A stretch of DNA of 64,000 nucleotides from a bacterium (GCA_032250835.1 JAVVEA010000017.1:9556-73555); one strand, 5' to 3'; positions 10,608 to 18,295 are shown, numbered from the stretch's first letter. Numbers and translations: made by a program. Notes: generated by a model from the sequence alone, not told the origin.

Positions 10608-10643
10608 GTTGGTTCTCCTTAAAGGGTTTAAGTTCGGTGAATT

Positions 10644-10724
10644 TTAAGCTACGTAAGCGACCATCAAGGTCGTGGCCAGGGCGACAAAAGCTACAATGGC
10701 CTGGGGGATTTTTGCGGTATCCAT
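10644..10724 (-). CDS. sORF E: 26-aa peptide MDTAKIPQAIVAFVALATTLMVAYVA
   Basis: An AGGAGA RBS precedes the ATG. It is a paralogue of sORF F. Confidence 0.65.
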   Translation of the reverse strand: MDTAKIPQAIVAFVALATTLMVAYVA

Positions 10725-10792
10725 TTTGGTTCTCCTAGTTAAGTTTAAGTTTAAAGTGGCTTGATTGCCGGTGAGGTTTTTTTGCACCTCAT

Positions 10793-10820
10793 GGGTATAT
10801 CTATTTCACGTGTCGTGCCA
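10793..10820 (-). promoter_or_regulatory. Candidate sigma-54-type promoter (minus-strand TGGCACG-ACAC-GTGAAATAGATATACCC) about 70 nt upstream of sORF E
   Basis: The -24 TGGCACG element is perfect. The -12 position reads GTGA instead of TTGC. The 28-nt block is conserved with 12032..12059. Confidence 0.4.
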
Positions 10821-10882
10821 CGATTAATTAGTGCAATATTATCAACAAGATACAAAAACTCCCTTCCAACCAGAAGATTAAA

Positions 10883-10906
10883 TTCGGAACTAATAATTCC
10901 GACATG
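10883..10906. promoter_or_regulatory. Inverted repeat TCGGAA-N7-TTCCGA (candidate enhancer/UAS for the adjacent EBP)
   Basis: A perfect 6-bp palindrome sits about 80 bp upstream of the 10793..10820 promoter, and the half-site recurs four more times in the region. Confidence 0.4.
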
Positions 10907-10998
10907 AACATCTCTTCAGAATCCCCTGAGCCCAATAGGCACTGATTAACATTTTAAAAACTTTATTTTCAGTAAGTTGCAAAATTTAAAGAACTAGT

Positions 10999-11040
10999 AG
11001 TTCCGTAAATACAAAATCAGAACTTTTAGTTCGGAACGCC
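10999..11040. promoter_or_regulatory. GTTCCG ... GAAC-TTTTA-GTTC-GGAAC palindromic half-sites (second candidate UAS, about 200 bp upstream of the promoter)
   Basis: CGGAAC half-sites in inverted orientation lie in an AT-rich spacer. Confidence 0.35.
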
Positions 11041-11081
11041 CTAAAGCACTTACCATAAGCCCTCGGCACCCCATAAACAAA

Positions 11082-11118
11082 AAAATCCCGTGGAGGCACC
11101 CGAAGGCAACTTCACGGG
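11082..11118 (-). terminator. Rho-independent terminator on the minus strand after sORF D
   Basis: On the minus strand the hairpin CCCGTG...CACGGG is followed by TTTTTTT. Confidence 0.55.
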
Positions 11119-11256
11119 ATCTTTAAGGGGAGTCCATCATCCACATTAAATGCCCGGGGGGACAGACAACGGATTGATGAACTAATAATAAGAGGCCGCA
11201 CCGGGGAACGACCGGCTAGCCTCTTGGGGCCCGCAAAAGCCCCTCCCCAAAAAAGC

Positions 11257-11439
11257 TCAGTATTGCAGGTAACCGATCAACATAGCCCCTAGCAATGTTA
11301 GATAAAAAAACCAAAGAGGCCCATGGCCCCGCTTGCGCCTAAAGATGCGCCGTTGGCCCAATCCTGAAGACCGCTCGAAGGTTTGCGGTGCTTCTTTCAC
11401 TTCCGGTTGGCGCAGCAAGTTGGCCGATTGGATTTTCAT
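11257..11439 (-). CDS. sORF D: 60-aa family member with an Arg-rich insert (MKIQSANLLRQ...RRIFRRKRGHGP...LTLLGAMLIGYLQY)
   Basis: A GGAGAG RBS precedes the ATG. It shares the MKIQ N-terminus and the C-terminal hydrophobic helix with the shorter paralogues. Confidence 0.5.
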   Translation of the reverse strand: MKIQSANLLRQPEVKEAPQTFERSSGLGQRRIFRRKRGHGPLWFFYLTLLGAMLIGYLQY

Positions 11440-11678
11440 AATCTACTCTCCTTTGGGGTGGTTGACCGATGCCCCTCAAAAACATTCGGCTCGACAAGCG
11501 CCCGTAGACGCACAAATGGGGGCTCAAGCCCCCTTGGTTATGTTTCGCCCCCAAGACCTATGCAACACAGGCCAGCAGCCAAGCTCCCGATAGAGAGCCC
11601 AGGACTACCCAATCTATGGGGGTTCTGTTTGTTTTTAATCGATTCACACTAACTCCTTGTGTATGGGTTCGCCCGTCC

Positions 11679-11765
11679 TTAGGCGAAGTAAGCCAAGACG
11701 CCGATGCCGAACAAAGCGTTCAGGGCGACGAAGTATTGCATGATCTTTTCTGCTTGGATTTTCAT
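11679..11765 (-). CDS. sORF C: 28-aa peptide MKIQAEKIMQYFVALNALFGIGVLAYFA
   Basis: A CAGGAGA RBS precedes the ATG. It is identical in protein to sORF B, and the DNA differs at 2 synonymous sites. Confidence 0.65.
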   Translation of the reverse strand: MKIQAEKIMQYFVALNALFGIGVLAYFA

Positions 11766-11796
11766 GTCGGTCTCCTGTTTAGGTCTAAGTTAAGTT

Positions 11797-11883
11797 TTAG
11801 GCGAAGTAAGCCAAAACGCCGATGCCGAACAAAGCGTTCAGAGCGACGAAGTATTGCATGATCTTTTCTGCTTGGATTTTCAT
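11797..11883 (-). CDS. sORF B: 28-aa peptide MKIQAEKIMQYFVALNALFGIGVLAYFA
   Basis: A GGAG RBS lies 7 nt upstream of the ATG. It is a paralogue of sORF C. Confidence 0.65.
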   Translation of the reverse strand: MKIQAEKIMQYFVALNALFGIGVLAYFA

Positions 11884-11908
11884 GTCGGACTCCAGAGGAA
11901 GTTTGTGT

Positions 11909-11995
11909 TTATGAGAACAGGGTCAATACCCCGAGACCTAAGAGTACGTTCAAGACGATCAGGTACTGGGGGAGTTTTTTAAATTCGATCTTCAT
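11909..11995 (-). CDS. sORF A: 28-aa peptide MKIEFKKLPQYLIVLNVLLGLGVLTLFS
   Basis: It has the same architecture as the other family members and is the first gene of the A-B-C cluster, but its RBS (AAGAG) is weak. Confidence 0.5.
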   Translation of the reverse strand: MKIEFKKLPQYLIVLNVLLGLGVLTLFS

Positions 11996-12031
11996 GACTT
12001 AGCTCTTAAAGAGTTTTATTTTTGCGTTCTT

Positions 12032-12059
12032 GGTTCTATCTGTTTCACAAGCTGTGCCA
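12032..12059 (-). promoter_or_regulatory. Candidate sigma-54-type promoter (minus-strand TGGCACA-GCTT-GTGAAACAGATAGAACC) about 40 nt upstream of sORF A
   Basis: It matches the 10793..10820 motif at 20 of 28 positions, with a perfect TGGCAC -24 element and a non-canonical -12. Confidence 0.4.
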
Positions 12060-12127
12060 AGCAGTTTATATAACTGTTTTTATTTGATATAATAAATTTG
12101 CTACCCAGAACACAGGGCTATAATCAG

Positions 12128-12152
12128 AATTTTTGATTCCGAAAAATAATGA
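12128..12152. promoter_or_regulatory. TTCCGAA-AAATAAT half-site (candidate UAS, about 80 bp upstream of the promoter)
   Basis: It has the same TTCCGAA/TAATAA elements as 10883..10906. Confidence 0.3.
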
Positions 12153-12224
12153 AATCCCCGGCGCGCCCCGAAAGAGACGCCTGGATTAATCAAAATAATT
12201 TAATATATTCAGGTAGTTGTAAGT

Positions 12225-12265
12225 TTTACGGAACTGAAAGGTCCGTTTAAGGCTGGTCGGAACTG
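12225..12265. promoter_or_regulatory. ACGGAAC-N6-GTCCGT imperfect palindrome plus a TCGGAAC half-site (candidate UAS, about 190 bp upstream of the promoter)
   Basis: CGGAAC-type half-sites recur here, and the spacing relative to the promoter mirrors the E-F-G locus. Confidence 0.35.
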
Positions 12266-13702
12266 TTAATTCTCATCGTACTCAGATGAGTACTTAAACT
12301 CCTCTTTTTTAATATGATATTTAGTGAGGAGTTTGTGTAGTTGGCGGGTGGTGATCCCGGCGGTGGCGGCTGAATCGTTGATCTTGCCCTTGTGTCGAGT
12401 CAACAACTGGATCAGGTAGGCCTGCTCCACCTGTTCCACCGCCAGCTGGCGTACCTCAGCCAAAGGCGAGTTAGCGTCCACCACCAGCCCGCCGCGCCCT
12501 TTGTCTTGGGCCAAGAAATCGCCGGGGAGGCTGCTAGGCAGCAGGCAGTTGGTTTTCTCTAAGATATAAGCACGCTCTAAGATATTCTCTAATTCCCGGA
12601 TGTTGCCGGGGAAGCTGTACTTTTGTAGGGCCTTGAAGCTATCGGGGTGGATACTAGTGATCCGGCGGCCATATTCGCCTTCTAGATATTTTAAGAAGTT
12701 GTTGGCCAACAGCGGGATGTCTTCGGCCCGTTCGCGTAAGGGGGGAACGGTGATCGGGAAGACGTTGAGGCGGTAATAGAGGTCTTCGCGGAATTCGCCG
12801 GATTTGGAGCGTTCTAAAAGGTCTTCGTTGGTGGCGGCAATCACCCGCACGTCGGTGTCGAGCATACTTTCACCGCCGACGCGCTGCATCACATGGTCTT
12901 GCAAAACCTGCAACAGCTTGGTCTGGGCGGCGGGGCTGATGGTGCCGATCTCGTCTAAGAAGATAGTCCCGCCTTTGGCGATCTCAAAACGACCCAATTT
13001 GCGCTTTACCGCGCCGGTAAAGGAGCCCTTCTCATGCCCGAATAACTCGGATTCGATTAAGTTGTCGGGGATCGCCCCGCAGTGGACGTGCACGAAGGGC
13101 CCGCCGCGCCGCGCCGAGTTGCGGTGGATCAAACGCGCCAAGACCCCCTTACCCACGCCGGTTTCGCCTAAGAGCAACACCGAAGAGTCCGTCGGGGCCA
13201 CCGAATGGGCCTGTTCGAACATGCTGATCATCACCTGCGAGTTGGTCTTGGTGACCCCCTGCTTGTCGTCATCCCAGACCGACATGCGCAGCATCTCTAA
13301 CTCAGACTGCACCTGGGTGTTGGTCTCTAAGTCTTCGAGAGTGTGCAGCAGGGCCTGCGGGTCGATGGGCATAACCAAATAATGGTTGGCCCCGGACTTG
13401 ACCGCTTGGATCAGGTTGCGGATCTGGTCTTGGGTACTGATCACCACCAGCGAGGCGGTCAGGTAGATTTCGCGGAATTTTTCAAAAACTTTCTGGAACG
13501 CCGCTGTAGAGGTGGTGGCGGCGAATCCGTCTTCCACCAAATAGACCAAGTCGATGAACGTGACCTCATAGCGGTGTTTTTTGAACCGATCGAGGCACTC
13601 ATCTAAGCTCAGCACCGAATCGATCCGGTAGCGGTCGCCGATGGTGAAGGTGATGGCGTCGATGGCGTCTTTCGACGGTGTTAAAGTCAGTACAGAACGC
13701 AT
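12266..13702 (-). CDS. Sigma-54-dependent transcriptional activator (bEBP, NtrC/Fis family) with a degenerate receiver-like N-domain
   Basis: It has an AAA+ sigma-54 interaction domain (GETGVGKG Walker A, GSFTGA = GAFTGA motif) and a C-terminal Fis-type HTH. The N-domain lacks the canonical acidic pocket. Confidence 0.85.
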   Translation of the reverse strand: MRSVLTLTPSKDAIDAITFTIGDRYRIDSVLSLDECLDRFKKHRYEVTFIDLVYLVEDGFAATTSTAAFQKVFEKFREIYLTASLVVISTQDQIRNLIQAVKSGANHYLVMPIDPQALLHTLEDLETNTQVQSELEMLRMSVWDDDKQGVTKTNSQVMISMFEQAHSVAPTDSSVLLLGETGVGKGVLARLIHRNSARRGGPFVHVHCGAIPDNLIESELFGHEKGSFTGAVKRKLGRFEIAKGGTIFLDEIGTISPAAQTKLLQVLQDHVMQRVGGESMLDTDVRVIAATNEDLLERSKSGEFREDLYYRLNVFPITVPPLRERAEDIPLLANNFLKYLEGEYGRRITSIHPDSFKALQKYSFPGNIRELENILERAYILEKTNCLLPSSLPGDFLAQDKGRGGLVVDANSPLAEVRQLAVEQVEQAYLIQLLTRHKGKINDSAATAGITTRQLHKLLTKYHIKKEEFKYSSEYDEN

Positions 13703-13729
13703 AGGCTTTTAGTGGTTTTGCTGGGCATT

Positions 13730-14701
13730 TTAGGCCCTTGAAGCCTGCCTGTCCATCTCAACTGGCAATCCCGTCCCAAAAGCAAAAACCGGCATCCCCG
13801 CGAAAACCACCGCAGAGTCGGCGTGGCCTAGCAATACGCCTGCTTTTTCGGCCTTGAGTAGCGCCAAGCTGCGCCCCAAAGGATCGTAAATCCGCGCCAA
13901 GGGTTGGCGGGCTTTGACCCAAGCGCCGGGGGCGACGAGGTAACGGATGATCCCGCTGGCCGGGGCCCAGGGGCGGTTCGAGTAGACCAACCTGCGGTCT
14001 AGCTCGCCAATCGGCAAAGCCTCGGCGGCCTTTTGGGGCACCACCATCTCCATTTGCGCCATCAGGGCCCAAATCCTCTCAAGACCCAACCGCACCCACT
14101 GCTCGTTGACCAAATGAGACTCACCTAATTCCAAGGTCAAGGCAGGCACACCGGCATCCAAAAGCGCCGGGGCCAACGCCCCTTCGATCAGTTCAATGTC
14201 TTCGACCGCCAACAAGCCGGTGGCCGCCAGATAGTCGCGGGCCTTTTGGTGGGCCGGCGTTTCGCCGGGCTCGGTTAAGCCGTAGGGGATGCTCCGGTTC
14301 CAGTCGTTGTGCAGGTCTAAAACGAGTTCGGGCTTGCTTTTCATGATCCAATCAAAGACCGCAAAGGCATGCCGACGGCCCAGACTAGCCGCCGGGTTGC
14401 CGGGGAAACAGCGGTTGAGGTCCTCGCCGGTATAAGGCAACTCGCGGCGACGCGCCTCAAAACCCACCGGGTTGACCATCGGCAAGGCCATCACCTTACC
14501 GCAGAGCAGACCCCAGCGCTTGAGTGCTTTAAATAGTTCATGCACCACCGCCATCCCGCCGACCTCGTCGCCATGCATGCAGGCAGTCAGCCAGATGGTC
14601 GGACCAGGCCGCTCGGCGCGGGCCTCCAACAGAGGCAAACGGCGCGATTCAGGCCCCAAACCAGGCAAGCTACGCAGGTGAGAAGCGGCAAAACCGGTCA
14701 T
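13730..14701 (-). CDS. Succinylglutamate desuccinylase/aspartoacylase (AstE/AspA) family zinc hydrolase
   Basis: It carries the Zn-binding motif IWLTACMHGDEVGG and is 323 aa. Confidence 0.7.
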   Translation of the reverse strand: MTGFAASHLRSLPGLGPESRRLPLLEARAERPGPTIWLTACMHGDEVGGMAVVHELFKALKRWGLLCGKVMALPMVNPVGFEARRRELPYTGEDLNRCFPGNPAASLGRRHAFAVFDWIMKSKPELVLDLHNDWNRSIPYGLTEPGETPAHQKARDYLAATGLLAVEDIELIEGALAPALLDAGVPALTLELGESHLVNEQWVRLGLERIWALMAQMEMVVPQKAAEALPIGELDRRLVYSNRPWAPASGIIRYLVAPGAWVKARQPLARIYDPLGRSLALLKAEKAGVLLGHADSAVVFAGMPVFAFGTGLPVEMDRQASRA

Positions 14702-14805
14702 AATCCTCCAAAGATTCAGCTATCGGTGGCCCAATTTGCGCCGACCGGTTGATCTCGTCAAGCCTGAGCTTGCCTGCTTCTTCTGAAATAGGATAGCCTG
14801 ACTTT

Positions 14806-15537
14806 ATGAACGATTCCAAGGTACTTCTAGACATCCCCCTCGATATCTCGGGCACAAAGGCTCAGGTCTTACGTTGGGGCACCCTCATCCTGGGTATCCA
14901 AGCCCTACCCACTGGCTTGTACCTTTGGCCCCGGTGGGGTAGCGAGGTCCATCAGGGTTCGGTCTCGCCCGTTGCTTGCGCCCTTGAAGGCCTCTGTGAA
15001 CGGCATCTCTTACCAACTGACACCCAAGCACTATCCGCCGAAGCCATCATGGGCCCCCAGAGTCTGCTGTTGCGGTTTCTTCCGCCCATTCAATTAGGAG
15101 CCGATACCCAGAGCCAAATGCCTCTGGTGATCCCGCTTTGGGTGAGGCTGCGTGCCGGTAACCGGGTATTAAGCCAATGGCCTGGCTACCGGCTTAGCCG
15201 CGCCTGGATCGGACCCGACCACACCCGAGGTGAGATGGGCTTTGCCTTAACCGAGCCCCTGCCGCCCGGTTCACCGCTCTGTGCGGCTGGTGAGTTTTCG
15301 GTCGCCAATCATTCTAAAGAAACCTTGCTTCTGGAATCTTTGGCCTATCCTCTTGCCCGGCTGGGTCTTTACCAGCGTACGGGGCAATGGGTTTCACCTA
15401 AGTTAAATTGGATCTTTGAGGCGCACCGCCATGAACCCAAGGTAACGATCGAAGCCCCCGCCAACGCCGAATTATTACAAAAGCCCCAACAAATCGAAGG
15501 TCCTTATTGGAGCCTGCTTCCCTCGATCCTCAAATGA
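14806..15537 (+). CDS. Hypothetical protein
   Basis: It is a 243-aa ORF with no recognised motifs. Confidence 0.4.
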   Translation: MNDSKVLLDIPLDISGTKAQVLRWGTLILGIQALPTGLYLWPRWGSEVHQGSVSPVACALEGLCERHLLPTDTQALSAEAIMGPQSLLLRFLPPIQLGADTQSQMPLVIPLWVRLRAGNRVLSQWPGYRLSRAWIGPDHTRGEMGFALTEPLPPGSPLCAAGEFSVANHSKETLLLESLAYPLARLGLYQRTGQWVSPKLNWIFEAHRHEPKVTIEAPANAELLQKPQQIEGPYWSLLPSILK

Positions 15538-16394
15538 ACCTTAGCGTACTAGACAACTTGCTCCCCCCCGAGATGGCCGGGTTGGTTTCGGCAGAAAGGC
15601 TGCTCTCAATCTTTTCAGCCTTTTTGATTTTGGTCATCGGCTGGGTTTTAGCGCGCCTAGCTCGTAAGCTGATCCGCAGTCTACCTGAGACGGCCTTGGT
15701 GCAACCCTACCGCTTATTGGTCCAGCGGAGCCTCTTTTGGGGACTTTTCAGCCTCTTTTTGATGGCAGCGATGCACCAATTAGGCTTGAATTTGGGCGTC
15801 TTGCTGGGGGCGGCAGGGGTCTTTTCGCTGGCCATCGGCTTTGCCGCACAGACCAGCGTATCAAACCTGATCAGCGGCCTGTTTTTGATGGGTGAACGTA
15901 GCTTCATCATCGGGGATCTGATCAAACAGGGGGACCACATGGGCGAGGTGGTAGCCATCGACCTCTTTTCGGTCAAGCTAAAGACCTTTGACAACCTACT
16001 AGTCCGCATCCCCAACGAAACGCTGATCAAGTCTTCGTTCACCAACTATTCGGCCCTACCGATCCGGCGCTATGATATGGACCTGGGCATTGCCTATAAA
16101 GAAGACACCCAAAAGACGGTGGAGCTATTGCATCAAGTAGCCGAAAACAACGTCTTTTGTCTGGCCCAGCCCAAGCCGATTGTGATCTTCATCGGCTTCG
16201 GGAGCAGTTCGGTGGACCTGCGCTACTGCGTATGGGGCGCTTCGTCGGACTATCTCGACCTACGCAACAGTTTTGCGTTAGAAGTCAAAGCGGCCCTAGA
16301 CGCCGCCGGGATCGAGATCCCCTACCCGCACCTCTCACTTTATGCCGGTGAGGCCACCCAGCCTATGCCGGTCAAGCTCAGTAGAGAAGACTAA
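15507..16394 (+). CDS. Mechanosensitive ion channel, MscS family
   Basis: It has three TM helices followed by an MscS beta-domain (GDLIKQGDHMGEVVAIDLFSVKLKTFDN). Confidence 0.8.
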   Translation: MEPASLDPQMNLSVLDNLLPPEMAGLVSAERLLSIFSAFLILVIGWVLARLARKLIRSLPETALVQPYRLLVQRSLFWGLFSLFLMAAMHQLGLNLGVLLGAAGVFSLAIGFAAQTSVSNLISGLFLMGERSFIIGDLIKQGDHMGEVVAIDLFSVKLKTFDNLLVRIPNETLIKSSFTNYSALPIRRYDMDLGIAYKEDTQKTVELLHQVAENNVFCLAQPKPIVIFIGFGSSSVDLRYCVWGASSDYLDLRNSFALEVKAALDAAGIEIPYPHLSLYAGEATQPMPVKLSRED

Positions 16395-17623
16395 AGCCCG
16401 CCCGCCCCGGCGGGACCGGCCTCGCGTAAGTCGCGGCCCGAGGGAGCCTGAAAGACCGAAAGCTCGAAGCGCGGCAACATGGCTAAAATCTCTTCAATCA
16501 GTTCGGCCTGAACCTGCTCATAAATCACCCATTGGACTTCGTTTACAAAGACGTAAATCTCCAAGGGCAGGCCCTGGGGAGTCGGTTGGAGCTGGCGGAC
16601 CATAAAGGTCATGTCGTCGGCAATCTTAGGATGGCTCCTTAAATAACCTTCCAGATATTTGCGAAAGACCCGCAAATTAGTCAGCGAGCCCGCCTCGGCC
16701 CGCTGGAGTAACTCTTCTTTTTCAGCCTCCAAGGCGGTCGCGATGCGCGGGTCTTGAAGCAAGCTCACCAAATAGCTGGGCGGCTCAAAGCGCATGCTTT
16801 GTTGGTCCAAGAATATAGACCGCTTGATCCGCCGCCCGCCCGAATCGGTCATGCCGCGCCAGTTTTTAAAGGGCGTCTCTAGGATTTTATAAGTAGGGAT
16901 CACCGAGATGGTTTTATCCCAGTTCTGGATCTTCAGGGTGTACAGCGCCAACTCGATCACCGTCCCGTCGGCCTGATACTGGGGCACTTCAAGCCAGTCG
17001 TCTTGTTGGATGAGGTCGTTAGCGGCAATGTGGATAGAAGCCAAGACCGACAAAATCAAGTCTTTAAACACCAAGATCAGGACCGCCGTCATGGCCCCAA
17101 ACCCGCTGAGCAGAACCAGCGGTGAAACGCCCATCAGGACCGAAATGGCCATCAACCCGCCGACCAAGTAGGCCAAAATCTTAAAGAGCTGCAAAAAGCC
17201 CTTGATCGGCCTTCTTGAGGCTATCGGGTGGGCTAGATAAAGCTTGCCCCCTGCCGACAAAGCACGGTCTATCACCTTAGACATCTGCAAGGGGATCAAG
17301 GCCCCAATCACCCGCTGTCCCCAGAAAGTCAGACTGGGTAGGAATTCAAAGGCCCAAAAAAGCACCGCCAACAGGACCAACGTAAGGGTGCCGCGCACCA
17401 CTTTAAACTCGATCAGTGCGTCGTCCCATTCAAAGGGACTTTTAGCGGCCAAGTCGATCATCCAGCGCAAAACCCAACGCCTTGCCGCCCAACGCGCTAC
17501 CCACAGACTCAAGAGGATGAGAAAGAAAACGCCTAGCTCATTGATCACACTACCTTGAGCGGCCGCTAGGTTGGCGTGGAACCAGTGCTCGAAGCCTTTA
17601 ACATAGTCGAATAGCTGTTTCAT
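16391..17623 (-). CDS. Mechanosensitive channel, MscS family (YbdG/MscM-like)
   Basis: It has multiple TM helices followed by a conserved MscS core (TISVIPTYKILETPFKNW). Confidence 0.7.
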   Translation of the reverse strand: MKQLFDYVKGFEHWFHANLAAAQGSVINELGVFFLILLSLWVARWAARRWVLRWMIDLAAKSPFEWDDALIEFKVVRGTLTLVLLAVLFWAFEFLPSLTFWGQRVIGALIPLQMSKVIDRALSAGGKLYLAHPIASRRPIKGFLQLFKILAYLVGGLMAISVLMGVSPLVLLSGFGAMTAVLILVFKDLILSVLASIHIAANDLIQQDDWLEVPQYQADGTVIELALYTLKIQNWDKTISVIPTYKILETPFKNWRGMTDSGGRRIKRSIFLDQQSMRFEPPSYLVSLLQDPRIATALEAEKEELLQRAEAGSLTNLRVFRKYLEGYLRSHPKIADDMTFMVRQLQPTPQGLPLEIYVFVNEVQWVIYEQVQAELIEEILAMLPRFELSVFQAPSGRDLREAGPAGAGGL

Positions 17624-17745
17624 TGCTTTGAAAAGGGTTGTTTAGGTTCTGAGTCTAGTGAGCCCGAACCTAGTTGTCCAACGCCACTTGCGCAGTGCGG
17701 CGTAGCCTGTCAAGCTGGACTTAACCCAAACTGGAGAGATTACCT

Positions 17746-18147
17746 ATGCCCCAAATTGTCTCGCCCTTATTACAGGGAACCCGGCCCTTGGTGGAGTGGG
17801 AATTGTGTTGGTTGCGGATGTTAGAAGACCCTCAATTACCTTGGGTTTTATTGATCCCCAAGCGCGACGACCTAACCGAATGGTATCAGTTAAGCCCCGC
17901 CGACCAAGCTCAATTGTCCCTGGAAATGGGTCAGGTAGCTAAGCTGCTGAGCGAAGAATTTGGCCCCGACAAAATCAATTTGGGGGCGTTGGGAAACTTA
18001 GTGCCCCAATTACATGTGCATGTGATCGGGCGCTACCGAGACGACCGGGCATGGCCGGGACCGATCTGGGGCGTAGAGGCCCCCCGAGACGCGAAAGCCG
18101 TCGAAACCCGATACCAGCAGATGAAAAAGCTCTTTGCAGCACCCTAA
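17746..18147 (+). CDS. HIT-family hydrolase
   Basis: It carries the histidine-triad motif PQLHVHVIGR. Confidence 0.75.
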   Translation: MPQIVSPLLQGTRPLVEWELCWLRMLEDPQLPWVLLIPKRDDLTEWYQLSPADQAQLSLEMGQVAKLLSEEFGPDKINLGALGNLVPQLHVHVIGRYRDDRAWPGPIWGVEAPRDAKAVETRYQQMKKLFAAP

Positions 18148-18295
18148 AGTCAGCACCCCCCCCAAGGGCAGGATTCCAGGAAAGGGGACTGACCCCATTC
18201 CTTGAGTTAACTGAAAGAGCCCCCAAAACAACCGCCCGAACCCACTAACCGGATCACCACCAGCCAGTCAAAGCCCCGGTCAAAGGCCCAAATCC

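Noticed and set aside
10523-10738. Plus-strand 71-aa ORF with an internal direct repeat (FKLRKRPSRSWPxRQxLxWPGGFLRYP twice)
   Set aside because: It is the antisense shadow of the duplicated minus-strand sORFs E and F. It has no RBS, and its repeat structure simply mirrors the gene duplication.
11333-11861. Overlapping plus-strand ORFs (11333..11593, 11383..11652, 11616..11861)
   Set aside because: They are antisense to the sORF B/C/D region and lack RBSs. The minus-strand genes carry the codon-level conservation.
10527-11883. Tandem direct repeats that could be mistaken for a CRISPR array or IS remnants
   Set aside because: There are only two copies per repeat. The units are 81-87 nt coding sequences with RBSs, there are no spacers of uniform length, and no cas genes are present.
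12032-12059. Canonical sigma-54 promoter call
   Set aside because: The -12 GC dinucleotide is absent (GTGA/TTGA). I keep it only as a variant or candidate promoter rather than a confident sigma-54 site.
12094-12120. Plus-strand TTGCTA-N15-TATAAT sigma-70-like hexamers
   Set aside because: The spacing is 15 bp, and it points into the 3' end of the convergent EBP gene with no downstream plus-strand gene. It is probably chance in an AT-rich spacer.
13758-14072. Arg/Pro-rich ORFs antisense to or overlapping the AstE-family gene (similar ones appear at 22449..22813 and 53504..53753)
   Set aside because: Such ORFs are characteristic of high-GC alternative-frame artefacts.
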